Source: the human T2T-CHM13v2.0 reference genome, Homo sapiens
DNA: 64,000 nt
Strand: one strand, 5' to 3'
Assembly: GCF_009914755.1 (NCBI RefSeq)
Contig: NC_060932.1
Within the stretch, counting starts at the first letter, position 1, and each line of letters begins with the position of its first letter. The translations under genes and the position numbers were made by a program. Of the stretch, positions 43,319 through 55,070 are shown piece by piece. The notes under the pieces were generated by a model that was given only the letters and a program-made list of their open reading frames with translations, was not told where the DNA came from and made no database searches.

Positions 43319-43465
43319 GTGACTGCCCAGCCAGTTGAAAGGTCTGCATTTCCTGTTCATCACGTGGCCTTCGTGTCCTCACTCTTAGTGATCACTCAGC
43401 CGGTGGCAGCACAGCCAGGACAGCCATTTCCTCAGCAGCCTTCGGTAAAGGCAACAGATTCTGAC
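43319..43465 (+). CDS. PKHD1L1: PKHD1L1 coding exon (~75)
   Basis: ttcacAG / GAC|GTAAGT; VTAQPVERSAFPVHH...GQPFPQQPSVKATDSD. Confidence 0.93.
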
Positions 43466-43807
43466 GTAAGTCATAACTCAAAATTTTACTTAAGTGAAGG
43501 AATTAAGCTACAAATTCTGAAGGATGAGCCAGTTTCACTCATCCTGGTGTGCTGGCAGCCTGAGGATCACACGGCCCTTTCAGAAGTTGGACTAATATCC
43601 AAGGATACCATCTTGTAATGTCTCAAAAATGTTTATGTTAAACGAACTTCTGCTGCTCAGGTTTATGAACTCTTTGTGTGGAATAAGGAGCTTCTGCAGA
43701 TTTTCAATTTATAATGAGGCATTTTTAAAAATAAAGTTTTGCATATATTTTTAAAAGCATGGAAACAGGACAATTGTTATAATTATCTACTTTTTTTTTT
43801 TTTTTAG

Positions 43808-43961
43808 GGTAACTGTGTATCAGTTGGAATTACTGCACTAACTTTGAGGGCCATACTCAAGGACTCCAATAATAACCAAGTCAATGGCCTTAGTGGAAAT
43901 ACAACAATTCCGTTTAGCAGCTGTTGGGCCAACTACACAGACCTTACTCCCCTTAGAACAG
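43808..43961 (+). CDS. PKHD1L1: PKHD1L1 coding exon (~76)
   Basis: T15-AG / CAG|GTGGGT; GNCVSVGITALTLRAILKDSNNNQVNGLSGNTTIPFSSCWANYTDLTPLRTG. Confidence 0.93.
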
Positions 43962-45347
43962 GTGGGTGCACTATTTTGGATCCTCACATATATAGCCATA
44001 AATAGAGACAATTATAATGTTCTTTTAATGAACAAAGCATTCTGTAACACTCTGGTCAATAAATTATAGACATCAGAATGCTATATTTTGCCTTGTTTCA
44101 GAAAATATTTAGTCTAGCTTAAGAATAGATTTCATATGTGAAATAAATAGAAATTAAAATAAAAAATTAAGGAAATCGAATTATATCATGATTTATCCAT
44201 TTGTATACTTTCCTAAATTTGCTCACTAAAGATGTACTACATTTATAGTAAGAAAAATTAACATACAGATTTTCAAATTCAATAAAAGAAAGGATAAGGT
44301 AGGCTCATATAACTTTAATGTCTTAAGGAGGAGTTCAGAGTTGGGCTAGAAAGTTGGCTGTGGTCTTTCTGAAAGCCAAAGCAAGAGAGAAAATGAGCAT
44401 TATCATAATTTACAGTACCCATCAACTAAACAGATCAGTTGCTGTGAGAATTATAATATTCTCTGAGAACAGAACAAATGTCTCCTGTGATTTTTCAGAA
44501 AGTGTGCACAATTAATCTGTATTAAGTGATATCTTCAACATCGGTGCAGTAAATACAGCCATCACTGCCACAATTACTTTTTTTATACTATCTTCATATA
44601 GGTTGATGACACAACTCTGATTGGTAAAAACCATTCTACCAGGGTCCAGATGATATATCCCTGAACAGATCTCTCTTGGTGATAGAATGTAGAGTATCTA
44701 AAAGAATGAAATGGATAAACCGCTTACGTTTGAGAAAGGCCTCCATTGTTCTGTTTGTCCCAACTCAGGGCCTATTTAAGATAGTTAGGGGCCTTAACTT
44801 CTGAAAAGGCTATGTAGTGGCACCCCTCTCCCCAGTTTTTTCCCTGAATTTTTGTTTCTCCATGCTTTGATAGTGCCCTAAGCCAGATATGTTCAGTCTG
44901 CCTACTGGGCAGCAATATCTCAGCCTAATGTTTGATAATAATTAAATGATAATGTGTCCCACTGCTTTCTGGTTTAGAACAGAGCTAAATTCTTTTAACT
45001 ATCAGCCCAAATGGAATTTTTTTTTTATGGGAAATGAGGCAGCTGGCAAGAATCCTACCTGAAAAGAAGTTTGCTCACCTCCTCATGAGGGTGGACCCAA
45101 TAAGTATCCAGTGGAAAAGAACCAACCTTGTGACTAAGGTCTTCAAACTACAATGTTCCAAAAGTACCCAGGATCACTGGAGCACTAAAGCACTAAAATA
45201 GGTTTTGGCATTTTACTGTGGCAACAAAATAATAATTTAAGCATTTTTCTTTCATACGTTAAGTTTTTTTTCAGAATTCAAAGCTTCCCTTGGGAGGGTC
45301 TGTCTTACTTGCCAAGGAGAAATGCCAGTGCTCTTCACCTGTGTGTT

Positions 45348-45510
45348 TCCTTTTCCTCCTTTCCTTCCTTCCCTCCCTCCATCCCTCCTTCCTTCCTTCC
45401 TCCCTCCCTCCTTCTGTCCTTCCTTCCATCCCTCCTTCCCTCCCCCTCTGTCCTCTCTGTTACCCTCTCCTTCTCCCCTCCCCTCTTCCTCTCTCTCTCC
45501 TCTTTTCTTC
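45348..45510. repeat. CT-rich polypyrimidine repeat (CCTT/CCCT)
   Basis: Direct reading. Confidence 0.9.
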
Positions 45511-45954
45511 ATCAAGTGTGGCATCCCTGGTTATGTACAATAAGGAAAGCCAAGTATAGGAATCTCTTCATTATTTTTAAATCAATTAGCCAGTTGTAGA
45601 TTAACCACAGTAAAATTAGAATAACAACAAAGCATTAGTGAGAAAATTAACAAAATATCTTTCACTGACTCTTTCTAGCAGTTAACCCCCACAGTCACTG
45701 CACTGAAGGAAATCCCCTTGCTGATCAGACTGCGGCCTGACAGCACAGCACCCCTCTTCTACATATAGCTCCATAAAGAGCAAAGCAGGGTACTTGGGTA
45801 GAGGAGATACAGGTTGTGGTTTCTAACACAGAAAATAGTGATGTGAGAAATGGGTGGGAGAAAAAGGATCTGCATCTTTAACCAACCTAGATAAGGAGAA
45901 TATTACTAACAGACACTGGGACATATTTGTTTAGCGTCCTATGTAATGTTTAGT

Positions 45955-46240
45955 GTTTGTTTCAGTTTCTATTGCTATGAAACAAACCAGCCCCAAATCT
46001 AATAACACCATTTCATTTGCTCACAATTGTGTGTGTCAGAAATTTGGGCCAGGATAGCTCACCACTGCTCCAATGTCTGCGGCTTCAGCTGGGAATTTCT
46101 ATTAGCTAGAGCTGGCTAAGATGGCTTGATTGAGGTCATATCTCTATGGACCTGATTCTGGATTTTGGCTGGGTTCTTCAATTCTCCTCTATGTGGTCTT
46201 TCCATAAGGCTAGCTTGGGCTTCTTCACAGTACTTCAGGA
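45955..46240 (-). mobile_element. MLT1-family LTR fragment
   Basis: tcagtttctattgctatgaaacaaaccagccccaaa...tttgctcacaatt...ggctagcttgggcttcttcacag. Confidence 0.65.
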
Positions 46241-47358
46241 GGAGAAAAACAAAATAAAAGAACTACCCTAAATTATTTGCTCATCAAAAAAATTAATAAA
46301 AAAATTCACCTGCCACAAAAATTCAGATTTTTTAATGCAAAAAGAAAAAAATTTTAATACACCATTGTCAGGAATTGTCAGTGACAGAAAATTCTATAGT
46401 ACAGTGCCCATATATCCTGAAAGTTATATAATGAATTGCAATTGTTCATGAAACCACAGATGTGATCAAGATCTAATTATATTCTTTTCCTAAAAAAGAA
46501 TGAAAACAGGAATGACTTTTTAAAAACAACACAGAAAACAGATGAGTAAAAACTTACAGGGCTGTACAAGTATTAGAAATGCTATTCTGTGTGGTGACTA
46601 TTATTAATGATAGCATAGACCCAAAATAAATTATAGGAAGGAAAAATATATTGGTTATCTCCTATTCAAAACTGTGGGAAGATTTAACCTGGAGATTAAA
46701 TAATATTGGATGAGCTCTTTAACATTTTTACATTCTAAACACAAGTAACAATGTTTCTAAAATGTCTACCTGGAATAAGGAAAAAGGGTCACAGCCTTGT
46801 AATACAAAAATAGCATCTAACTTCAAACAAATGTGAAACATGGTAAAAGTTTTTTGAATCTTAATGGAAGGCATATGGTTGTTTGCTGTATTATTCTTTC
46901 AACTCTTTTCTTGTTTGAAATTTTTCAAAATAAAAAGTTCAGTATCCAACCCCACCTCCCCCAACTGAGACTGATGCTTCTCTACTGCTAGGTCAAGTAC
47001 GAAGGGATGAAACTGAGATTCAGCACCCTCACCTCTCTTCCCTATTGTCCCTCATTTCCAACAGTTTTTGTCCAGTCCTGGGCACTAGGAAGGGGCTCTA
47101 AGAAGCAGGTACTGCTGCTGCAGAAAGAAAATCTACCCAGCTTCCCTGTTGTTCAGTTAATGGGCAGATAGAACTCTTCTAACTCTGAGACCCTGTCTAT
47201 ACTTGTCTGTACTTAAACTAATTTATTTGACTCAACTTTCAAAAATATTTCATCAGGATCTATATAGTGTTTTTCAGTCAATGAAAATCAAATGGGAACG
47301 GTATGAAAACAAGTAAAACATAAAGGAAATCAAACACTATGATGCTTTTTTTTTCCAG

Positions 47359-47595
47359 GAAAAAATTATAAGATTGAATTTATACTGGATAATGTTGTTG
47401 GGGTAGAATCCAGAACTTTCAGCCTGCTGGCAGAGTCTGTCTCTAGCAGTGGCAGCAGCAGCAGCAGCAACAGCAAAGCATCAACTGTGGGTACATATGC
47501 CCAGATAATGACTGTAGTAATTAGCTGTCTGGTTGGAAGAATGTGGCTCTTGGAAATATTTATGGCTGCAGTTTCAACTTTGAATATAACTTTAA
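47359..47595 (+). CDS. PKHD1L1: PKHD1L1 penultimate exon (~77): Ser-rich stalk and hydrophobic membrane anchor
   Basis: ttttccAG / TAA|GTAAGT; GKNYKIEF...SSSGSSSSSNSKASTVGTYAQIMTVVISCLVGRMWLLEIFMAAVSTLNITL. Confidence 0.93.
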
Positions 47596-47794
47596 GTAAG
47601 TACAGTCCATTAATACATTATTTCTCCACATGTTGAAGTACCAGTGTTTACTGGATAAAGGCTGTGTGCACAGCTCTTGTGCATGATATCACTGTGTGCA
47701 CAAAGAGAAAGTAACAGCCTCAATAGCAGAGACAAGACAACCTATGGAAAATGTTATTCACTACATGTTGGTCTATAAGAATGTGGTGAAACAA

Positions 47795-48119
<325 letters not shown>

Positions 48120-48139
48120 TGTGAAACAAAAGTGCAGGT

Positions 48140-48600
48140 CATATCAGAACTCTTTTTGAGTTGCAAGATGCAGATTCTTAGCTTGAATTGATCTAGCTAG
48201 TAAAGTGATCACTTAGAAGTCCAGAAGTTGTCTGGTTTCTCAAACAGTTGGATCTAAGGACTCAGATGATATCTTCTAGAACCTCTGTCTCTTCTTCTCT
48301 TGGCTCCACTCTCTTTGGTGTTAGCTTTACTCCCAGGCTGACTCCTCACCACCCCCAATCTTCATTACAAAGGTACACACCAACATCTTCTACCAGCCCA
48401 TCAACCAATACAGAAAGAGCTAACCTCTTTCCCAACAGTTCCAGAGAAAAGCCCCAAAGCTATGTCATTGACCTGGCTTGGGTCACATGCCCATTCCTGA
48501 ACAAATCACTGTGGCCACAGCATTCTAATTAGCTTGGCCTGGTCACATGGGGTAAGGTACTGAGAATGGCAGAGGTGTAGTTTCACTAAGGATAATAAAG
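48140..48600 (-). mobile_element. Old MLT1 (J/K/L-like) LTR
   Basis: gttgcaag...; cattgacctggcttgggtcacatgcccattcctgaacaaatcactgtggcca. Confidence 0.55.
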
Positions 48601-50654
48601 GTGCTAGTACGAGGAATGACAGGCAGACAGAGACATTGAATATTAGAGAGATTGATAAAAGGGAGACGTCCCTATATGATTAGAGAAGACTGCAAATATC
48701 ATTGCATTAGCAACACATGAAAGTTGGGACTGTATAAAATGTATAAGATTTGGAAAGGGAGGGAAAAGGCACTCAAGAACAGGGACATGATAGGAGCAAG
48801 GAAAAAATGGCAGTGGAATAAAACATCTTCAGTTATACATGTTTAGCACAGAATTCCTCATCATCTCCTTACAAACATACTTCTCCGCCCGCAGTTAATG
48901 CCAGTGCCATTTTTGCCTATCCTCCATATTGCTGTCAGATTTAAGGTCATGTAATGCTAACAGGAATCTCAAATCCTCAACTATTCCTCACTACATGCAA
49001 AAAATATAATCAACATCAAAGATCTTGAAAACAGATTTGAAGACTCCCTCCTTTTACCAAATCATTTCCAGAAAGAATTCTCTCCACCCTACATATTCCC
49101 TATATCTATACCTAGGCTGCCAGCCTCTACTCACCAAGGTTACCTCTCACAGCATCCTTCTAGGTCTTGCTCAAATTCCACCTCATCCAGCAGGTTTCCC
49201 TTCTTCCTTCCCACTCTACATTTAATTCTCCTCTCCCTTGGTCTCCAATTGCACTTTGTGTTTATATCATTATTATAGTCCTTTCTGTAATATACTTGTA
49301 TTAAGCTTATATTCAAATCTATCTTCATCACCAAATTGTGAGCACTTACAAGACTGTATGCCTTACATATTATAAGTACGAAAAATCTGGTTTAATTGAT
49401 TTTAAATCTTGAAAGTGAAAGTTGCGTCTTTACCTCTGACTTAAGGGGAAATGTTGAGTAGGGGTATTGTGGGCAAATTGTAAAGAGCTTTGATTGGAAC
49501 ATATTAATCAGTTTGCAATTCATTTGATGGGGGAGAGTTTCTGACACGTTAGTGAAAAAAAATCACATAAGAGATACTGTATAATAAAGTCGAGGAAGAA
49601 TTTGAGGTGGGGTAACAATTTAGAAGAATACTAAAGCATATTGAGCAATAAAAGCCAAGACTAGATTTTAAATTTAAATATAAAGGATCAGAGGACATAG
49701 TAAGGCTGGGTCTGGAAGTGACAAAACAAACTGGAGGCTGAAACAAACTGCTGGGCTTTCATGAATAGCCAGAAAACAAGAAGAAGGAAATCCTTTCTTC
49801 TCTCCTAATGGAAGAAATTAATTGGAGTCCAGCGGTCAAGGGAGAAGCATAGTTTGCAGAGACCTTGTTCTGGCCTCTTATAGCTGAATATAGACAAGGG
49901 GGTTTATGTTATTTTTATGCCAGTTTTCTTGTCTCCAGAATAGTAATAAAAGTAAGACCAATTGTTTATTTTATAATAGGATGACAAGCATTTCTTTAAT
50001 TAATTTTATTTTTTTCTCAGAAGCATTAAAATATAAGGTCTAATTGGCTAAATATTGCTCAATATATATTTGTGCATTTTGCATTGCCTCATTAAGTGCA
50101 AAAACCTTTATAGACTCTCATCCTGCTTACTCCTGACAACTTTGGTACTTTACCAAATTAATATAATTCTATTCTCAAAGAATTAGTAAATCATATAGCT
50201 CCTGAGTTTTTTCCAGGAACTTTTCCAGATAAGAAGATTAATCAATGGCTTCTTCTTTGCTACTAAATAAACTACCATTTTTCAATTAGAATATAAGAAA
50301 TTTAAACACCATTAATGGATTAAAATGCTGGGTTCTTTAATAACTTTGCATTCTGAATGAATAATATATTACTTTTAAGAGGATCATGAAGTTTCACTAA
50401 ATAAAAGACCTTATATTTTAAATGTGTATTTTTGAATGTGAAAAATAAAAAATAAAACAATCTTGTATAAGCACCACAATCTATAAGTTTCTACAAAAAA
50501 ACCATTACTGATTCTAACATTAAATGGGTAAACTTGGAAATACTGCTAACTGTACCATAAAAATGAGAAAAGTTAAAATTAATGAAATATATTTTAAATT
50601 ATACTATATGCTATTTCTACTTAAAAATTGTTTTGTATTGTTTCCATTTTTCAG

Positions 50655-50665
50655 GAAGCTACTAA
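50655..50665 (+). CDS. PKHD1L1: PKHD1L1 last exon (~78), coding part (R)SY-stop
   Basis: tttccatttttcAG acceptor then GA AGC TAC TAA, phase-compatible with exon 77; followed by an AT-rich UTR. Confidence 0.88.
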
Positions 50666-50882
50666 AGTGCTGTTCCGAAGAATAGGCTGAAACAAAAATA
50701 TAAGAATTATTAGCTACTTTGTTGGGCAATAGGCAAAAGTCTATAGCATTTTCATGAAAATATACTAAAAATATTTTTATGATATATAAAATGTACTAAT
50801 TAGCTTTAAACACTAAAATCAGATTTCTTCAAAATATAAATTTGTTTTGATTCTTTATATTTATATGTTTTTATTTCATTTC

Positions 50883-50888
50883 AATAAA
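50883..50888 (+). terminator. PKHD1L1: Proximal poly(A) signal AATAAA of PKHD1L1
   Basis: First AATAAA after the stop codon, about 220 nt downstream, preceded by U-rich sequence. Confidence 0.65.
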
Positions 50889-52009
50889 CTTCCAGAAATT
50901 TGTCATTTGGAAGTAGATATGACACCTCTAAGTTATTGTACCAACAAATCATAGAATCCTTTAAATAATGGAAAGAGCTTGTCTAGTTCCGACTTAAGCT
51001 CTTTACATCAGATTGGAAGCATTTTAAGTATTCTTTTTAATACTTGAGGGGGGGGGTTCTTATTTTCTCTATCCATTTACAAGGTTTTGATTTCCAATAA
51101 TCTAAGCCATTCTAGTTTCTAAGGATTTTGGAGAGACGAGATTGTCTTCACACAATCTGAGATGACAATCTCATCTCAGATTTTTCACACTGAGTTCCTG
51201 TCTTTCAGATTCACAGTAATCCCAGGAATTCTAGACTGTCCTGTATTTCTGGATCTGCCCAACTCTGGCCAATATTGGGAAAAGTTTTCTTGTCCTTGGA
51301 ATGAACTTTTGGAACAAGTCCAAACTCCTTCTCTGCCTACCCCTCCTTCCCACTCAAAACTGCCACTACTAAGAGCAGGACTCCCCTCAACCCCGGGCAT
51401 GAGTTGAGGGTTGAGGGGTTCCCTTAACTGGTGGATGCTTATTCACTGTTTACTGGATGAATGAAGTATAAAGTGTGGGAAGTCAACAACAGAACAGAAC
51501 TTATTTTCAAGAAGATAAATTAGAGAATGCAAAAAAGCTACAGACTAAGGTAGCTAAGTTAACCGAACTCTCTAACAGTATTGAAAATAGCAATTCTTTA
51601 CTCAGAAAATTCTAAAGGGAATACTTAATTTGACAGAACTCCTAATAAAGACATTGTAGCCAGATCCAGAGCCTTCCAGCAAGTGACACTCAGCAAACAT
51701 TTGGGACAGCTGAGAGAATTCAACAAAGCCCATACCGTTGTCTCTTGTATAACATCTCCTAGTACATTCACCTCAGATCATTGTTAGTCTTACTTAGCAG
51801 AAAATGTATAAACACTTACCAGGTAGTAAAATCAAATATCTTGGTATAAATGTGGCATTTCATTCATTTGAGCAGTATCTGTTGGGTGTTCTAGTAAGTA
51901 GGAAGGCTACAAGAAATAAGATGCTATGCCTTCCCTCGAAGAGTTTTCAGGATATTTGGGGAAAGAATGGAAACAGACCATTTCAATACAACATGATCAC
52001 TGTCTCAGG

Positions 52010-52092
52010 GAGAGAGAGACAGAGAAAGACAGAGAGATAGAGACAGAGACAGAGAGGGAGGGGGAGAGAGAGATAGATAGAGAGAGAGAGAA
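52010..52092. repeat. (GA)n/(GAGACA)n/(GATA)n compound repeat
   Basis: Direct reading. Confidence 0.9.
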
Positions 52093-53454
52093 AGCATGAG
52101 GTTGCTAGCAATATGGAGGCCTTAAGCCTTGTTCAGGAGGGCTACCTAGAAGAGCAGTGGAAGAAAACTGGGAGAGGACCACTGAAGGCCTAGGGGCTAC
52201 AGAAAAAATTCAAATGAACAGCTGGAATGGAAATAGTCACAATTTTAAGGGAATTGCAGGTAAGAGGTCCCTGACAAGGTAGTCTTCAAAGTATACATGA
52301 AAGCCCCTTCATGAGGAACATTTGCCATGTCCAGAGAGCATTGATACTTCATTGTACAGCACCAGGTAACAGAGCACTTTTATACTCCCCTCAGTTCCAA
52401 CCCTGGTGGGGTGAAAAACCTCTGTTCCTGGGATAGGGAGGGGGAAAGAGACCCAACATGGGCCATTTCACGCTGAGACTTAAAAATCAGTCTTCCTAAG
52501 GCAAATCTAGTTTACTGTTCATTCCGTGATACTTCCTTTCTGTTGGAAAACTAAATTCCAAAAACTGCAATTCCAGCATCTATGGAACAAATTCCTACAT
52601 TTGGGTTCTGGAAGAGATACAAAAATATTCTTCACACCAGAACATTGTAAAAGCCATAAAATTGTCCACCATCTGTATTCTTTTCTTACCTAAAGGTTTA
52701 ATTCAGCCCACTGGAGTTTTTTGTCAAGATTTTTTCTGTCAGTTTTTAATAAGGAAATTTTCTAATACAAGTTATATGGCAGTAAAAGGAATTTCTAAAA
52801 ATTGCTTCTTAGCCACAGACTTTGTTAAAAAGTTCCTGTTTTAACTGCTTTAGGCTTCTGGCTGTCTTCTTTTTAAGAACATTCTAGAATTATCATAATA
52901 ATTCCTTATTCCAGATAAATTACAATTTAATTACTACTTTTAAAAATGCTTGAATTATTGGAATCCATGGGCAATACATCTTCACATGTCCCTTATTCAT
53001 ATGCTAAGCAAGTTTTATTTTTGCTTTTTTTTTGCATTTAAATAATATTTCTCTGAACATTCTGTCTCAGAAATTGATGTTTAAATTCTTAAAAATAATT
53101 TGTATTGTAAGAAGTGGCTATCTAGCTCTTGAACAAGTCATAAAAATCCTTTGATGTGTGAATATTCTTCTACCTAAGACCTGAAATGTTGGCGAAGTAA
53201 ATATGTTGTTCCAATTTTGGTCAAAGTAAGAAACAGAGAATAAAAAGTTAATAAGAATAGCTTCTTGTATTTCTCATAGTAAGTGAAATGTTTATATCTT
53301 GTACTACTGTCTCTACTCATTCCTAAATTCCATCACCTTGTGATCATTGCAATGACTTCTAGATGGTCCATCTGTTTTTACCTTTTATCCATTTTATCCC
53401 CAAAAGTGCTATTTAAAATACCCCTAGCACTAATAATAACAATAATCAATAATA

Positions 53455-53915
53455 AAGTAAAGGTTTATCACATGTTCACTACATGCCAGACACTATGCTG
53501 TGTGTTCTACATGGACCCTTTCCTTACAGCAATCCTATGAGGATAACCTTATTCCCTTCTCCAAATGAGGAAACTTGAAATGTTGAAGGGTTAGGTTAAA
53601 TTCCCAAGTTCACAGAGCTACTAATGGTAAAGCTGGGATTCAAACACAGACAATTTAACTCCAGAGCCCAAATTCCAACATTTAATTGCTTCCCACTTTT
53701 CCTCAAGCATGGGCAAGTGCTTCATTGGGAAGAGTTTTTAATCCAAATTCCTGTTCAAATTCTTGGTTTCTACTTTACCACTTCTATGCCCTCAGGCAAG
53801 TTCTTAGTTTCCATTATTCTCAGTTTCTTCAACTGTAAAATGTGGAAAGTGTGGCATCTGAAGACTGATGGTATCATATATATGACATGTAACACAGTGC
53901 CTAACAGGCGGTAAA
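53455..53915. mobile_element. Two MIR fragments in opposite orientation
   Basis: tactacatgccagacactatgct...aatgaggaaact...; caggcaagttc...tcagtttcttcaactgtaaaatg. Confidence 0.6.
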
Positions 53916-54753
53916 ATGATAGCCACTCTTGTTTTTATTTCCATAATGTGACCTATATCATGTCAATCCCTGGCCCAGTAAACCATTAGGCTTCTTATTA
54001 CACTGGAACAGTGCCTGGCATGTAATAAGCACCATGTGAGTGCTAATTATTAGAATTATTGGCTGGGCACTGGGCCACCTAGAACAAAGACAATTTCCCA
54101 GCTTCACTTGCAGTGAGACTGATCAATTTCTGTGCAGTGGGTTACAAAAACAGACATTATCTCGTGGCATATTCTAGAAACTGACCTTAAAACATAGCTA
54201 TTATGCATCCCTTTGCCTTTTCTTCATCCCTTTCTGTTTTTCCTGCTACATGGAGCAAGATGGCTCCTGAGACCTGGAGGATAAAGGCCAGTGCCTTTTA
54301 TTGCTCCATAACTTGTGTTAGAAAATCTCCTTACTAAAAATCTACAGAAAAATCTTGACAAAAAAAAAATTCCAGTGGATTGAATTAAAACTTTAGGTAA
54401 GAAAAGACTAAGATGGTGGACAATTTTATGGCTTTTACAATGTCCTTGTGTGAAGAATATTTTTATACCTCTTCCAGAACCCAGAGAGCTCAGCTGAAAG
54501 GAGTTTGGGTTCCTGACATTGTGGTGCCCTATACCAGCCCTTGCTCCTTTAGGGTTTCATTGTTATTTGGTGGTTATCCTAAATCTCCTGCTTTCATCAG
54601 ATGTCTGAGATGGCAAAATTTGGAAGGATCAAGAGAACAGAGAGTTAATCCTTCCTAATGGGAAAGGTGGACAATGCCAAGGTTAAAATACCACATACAT
54701 CTTTGAGTTACTACTATACCCTCCCAAATGGAAATGCTTCAACTTTAATCTGA

Positions 54754-55070
<317 letters not shown>

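Noticed and set aside
45252-45599. Four overlapping Pro/Ser- or Gly/Arg-rich ORFs
   Set aside because: Stop-free frames caused by the CT-rich simple repeat.
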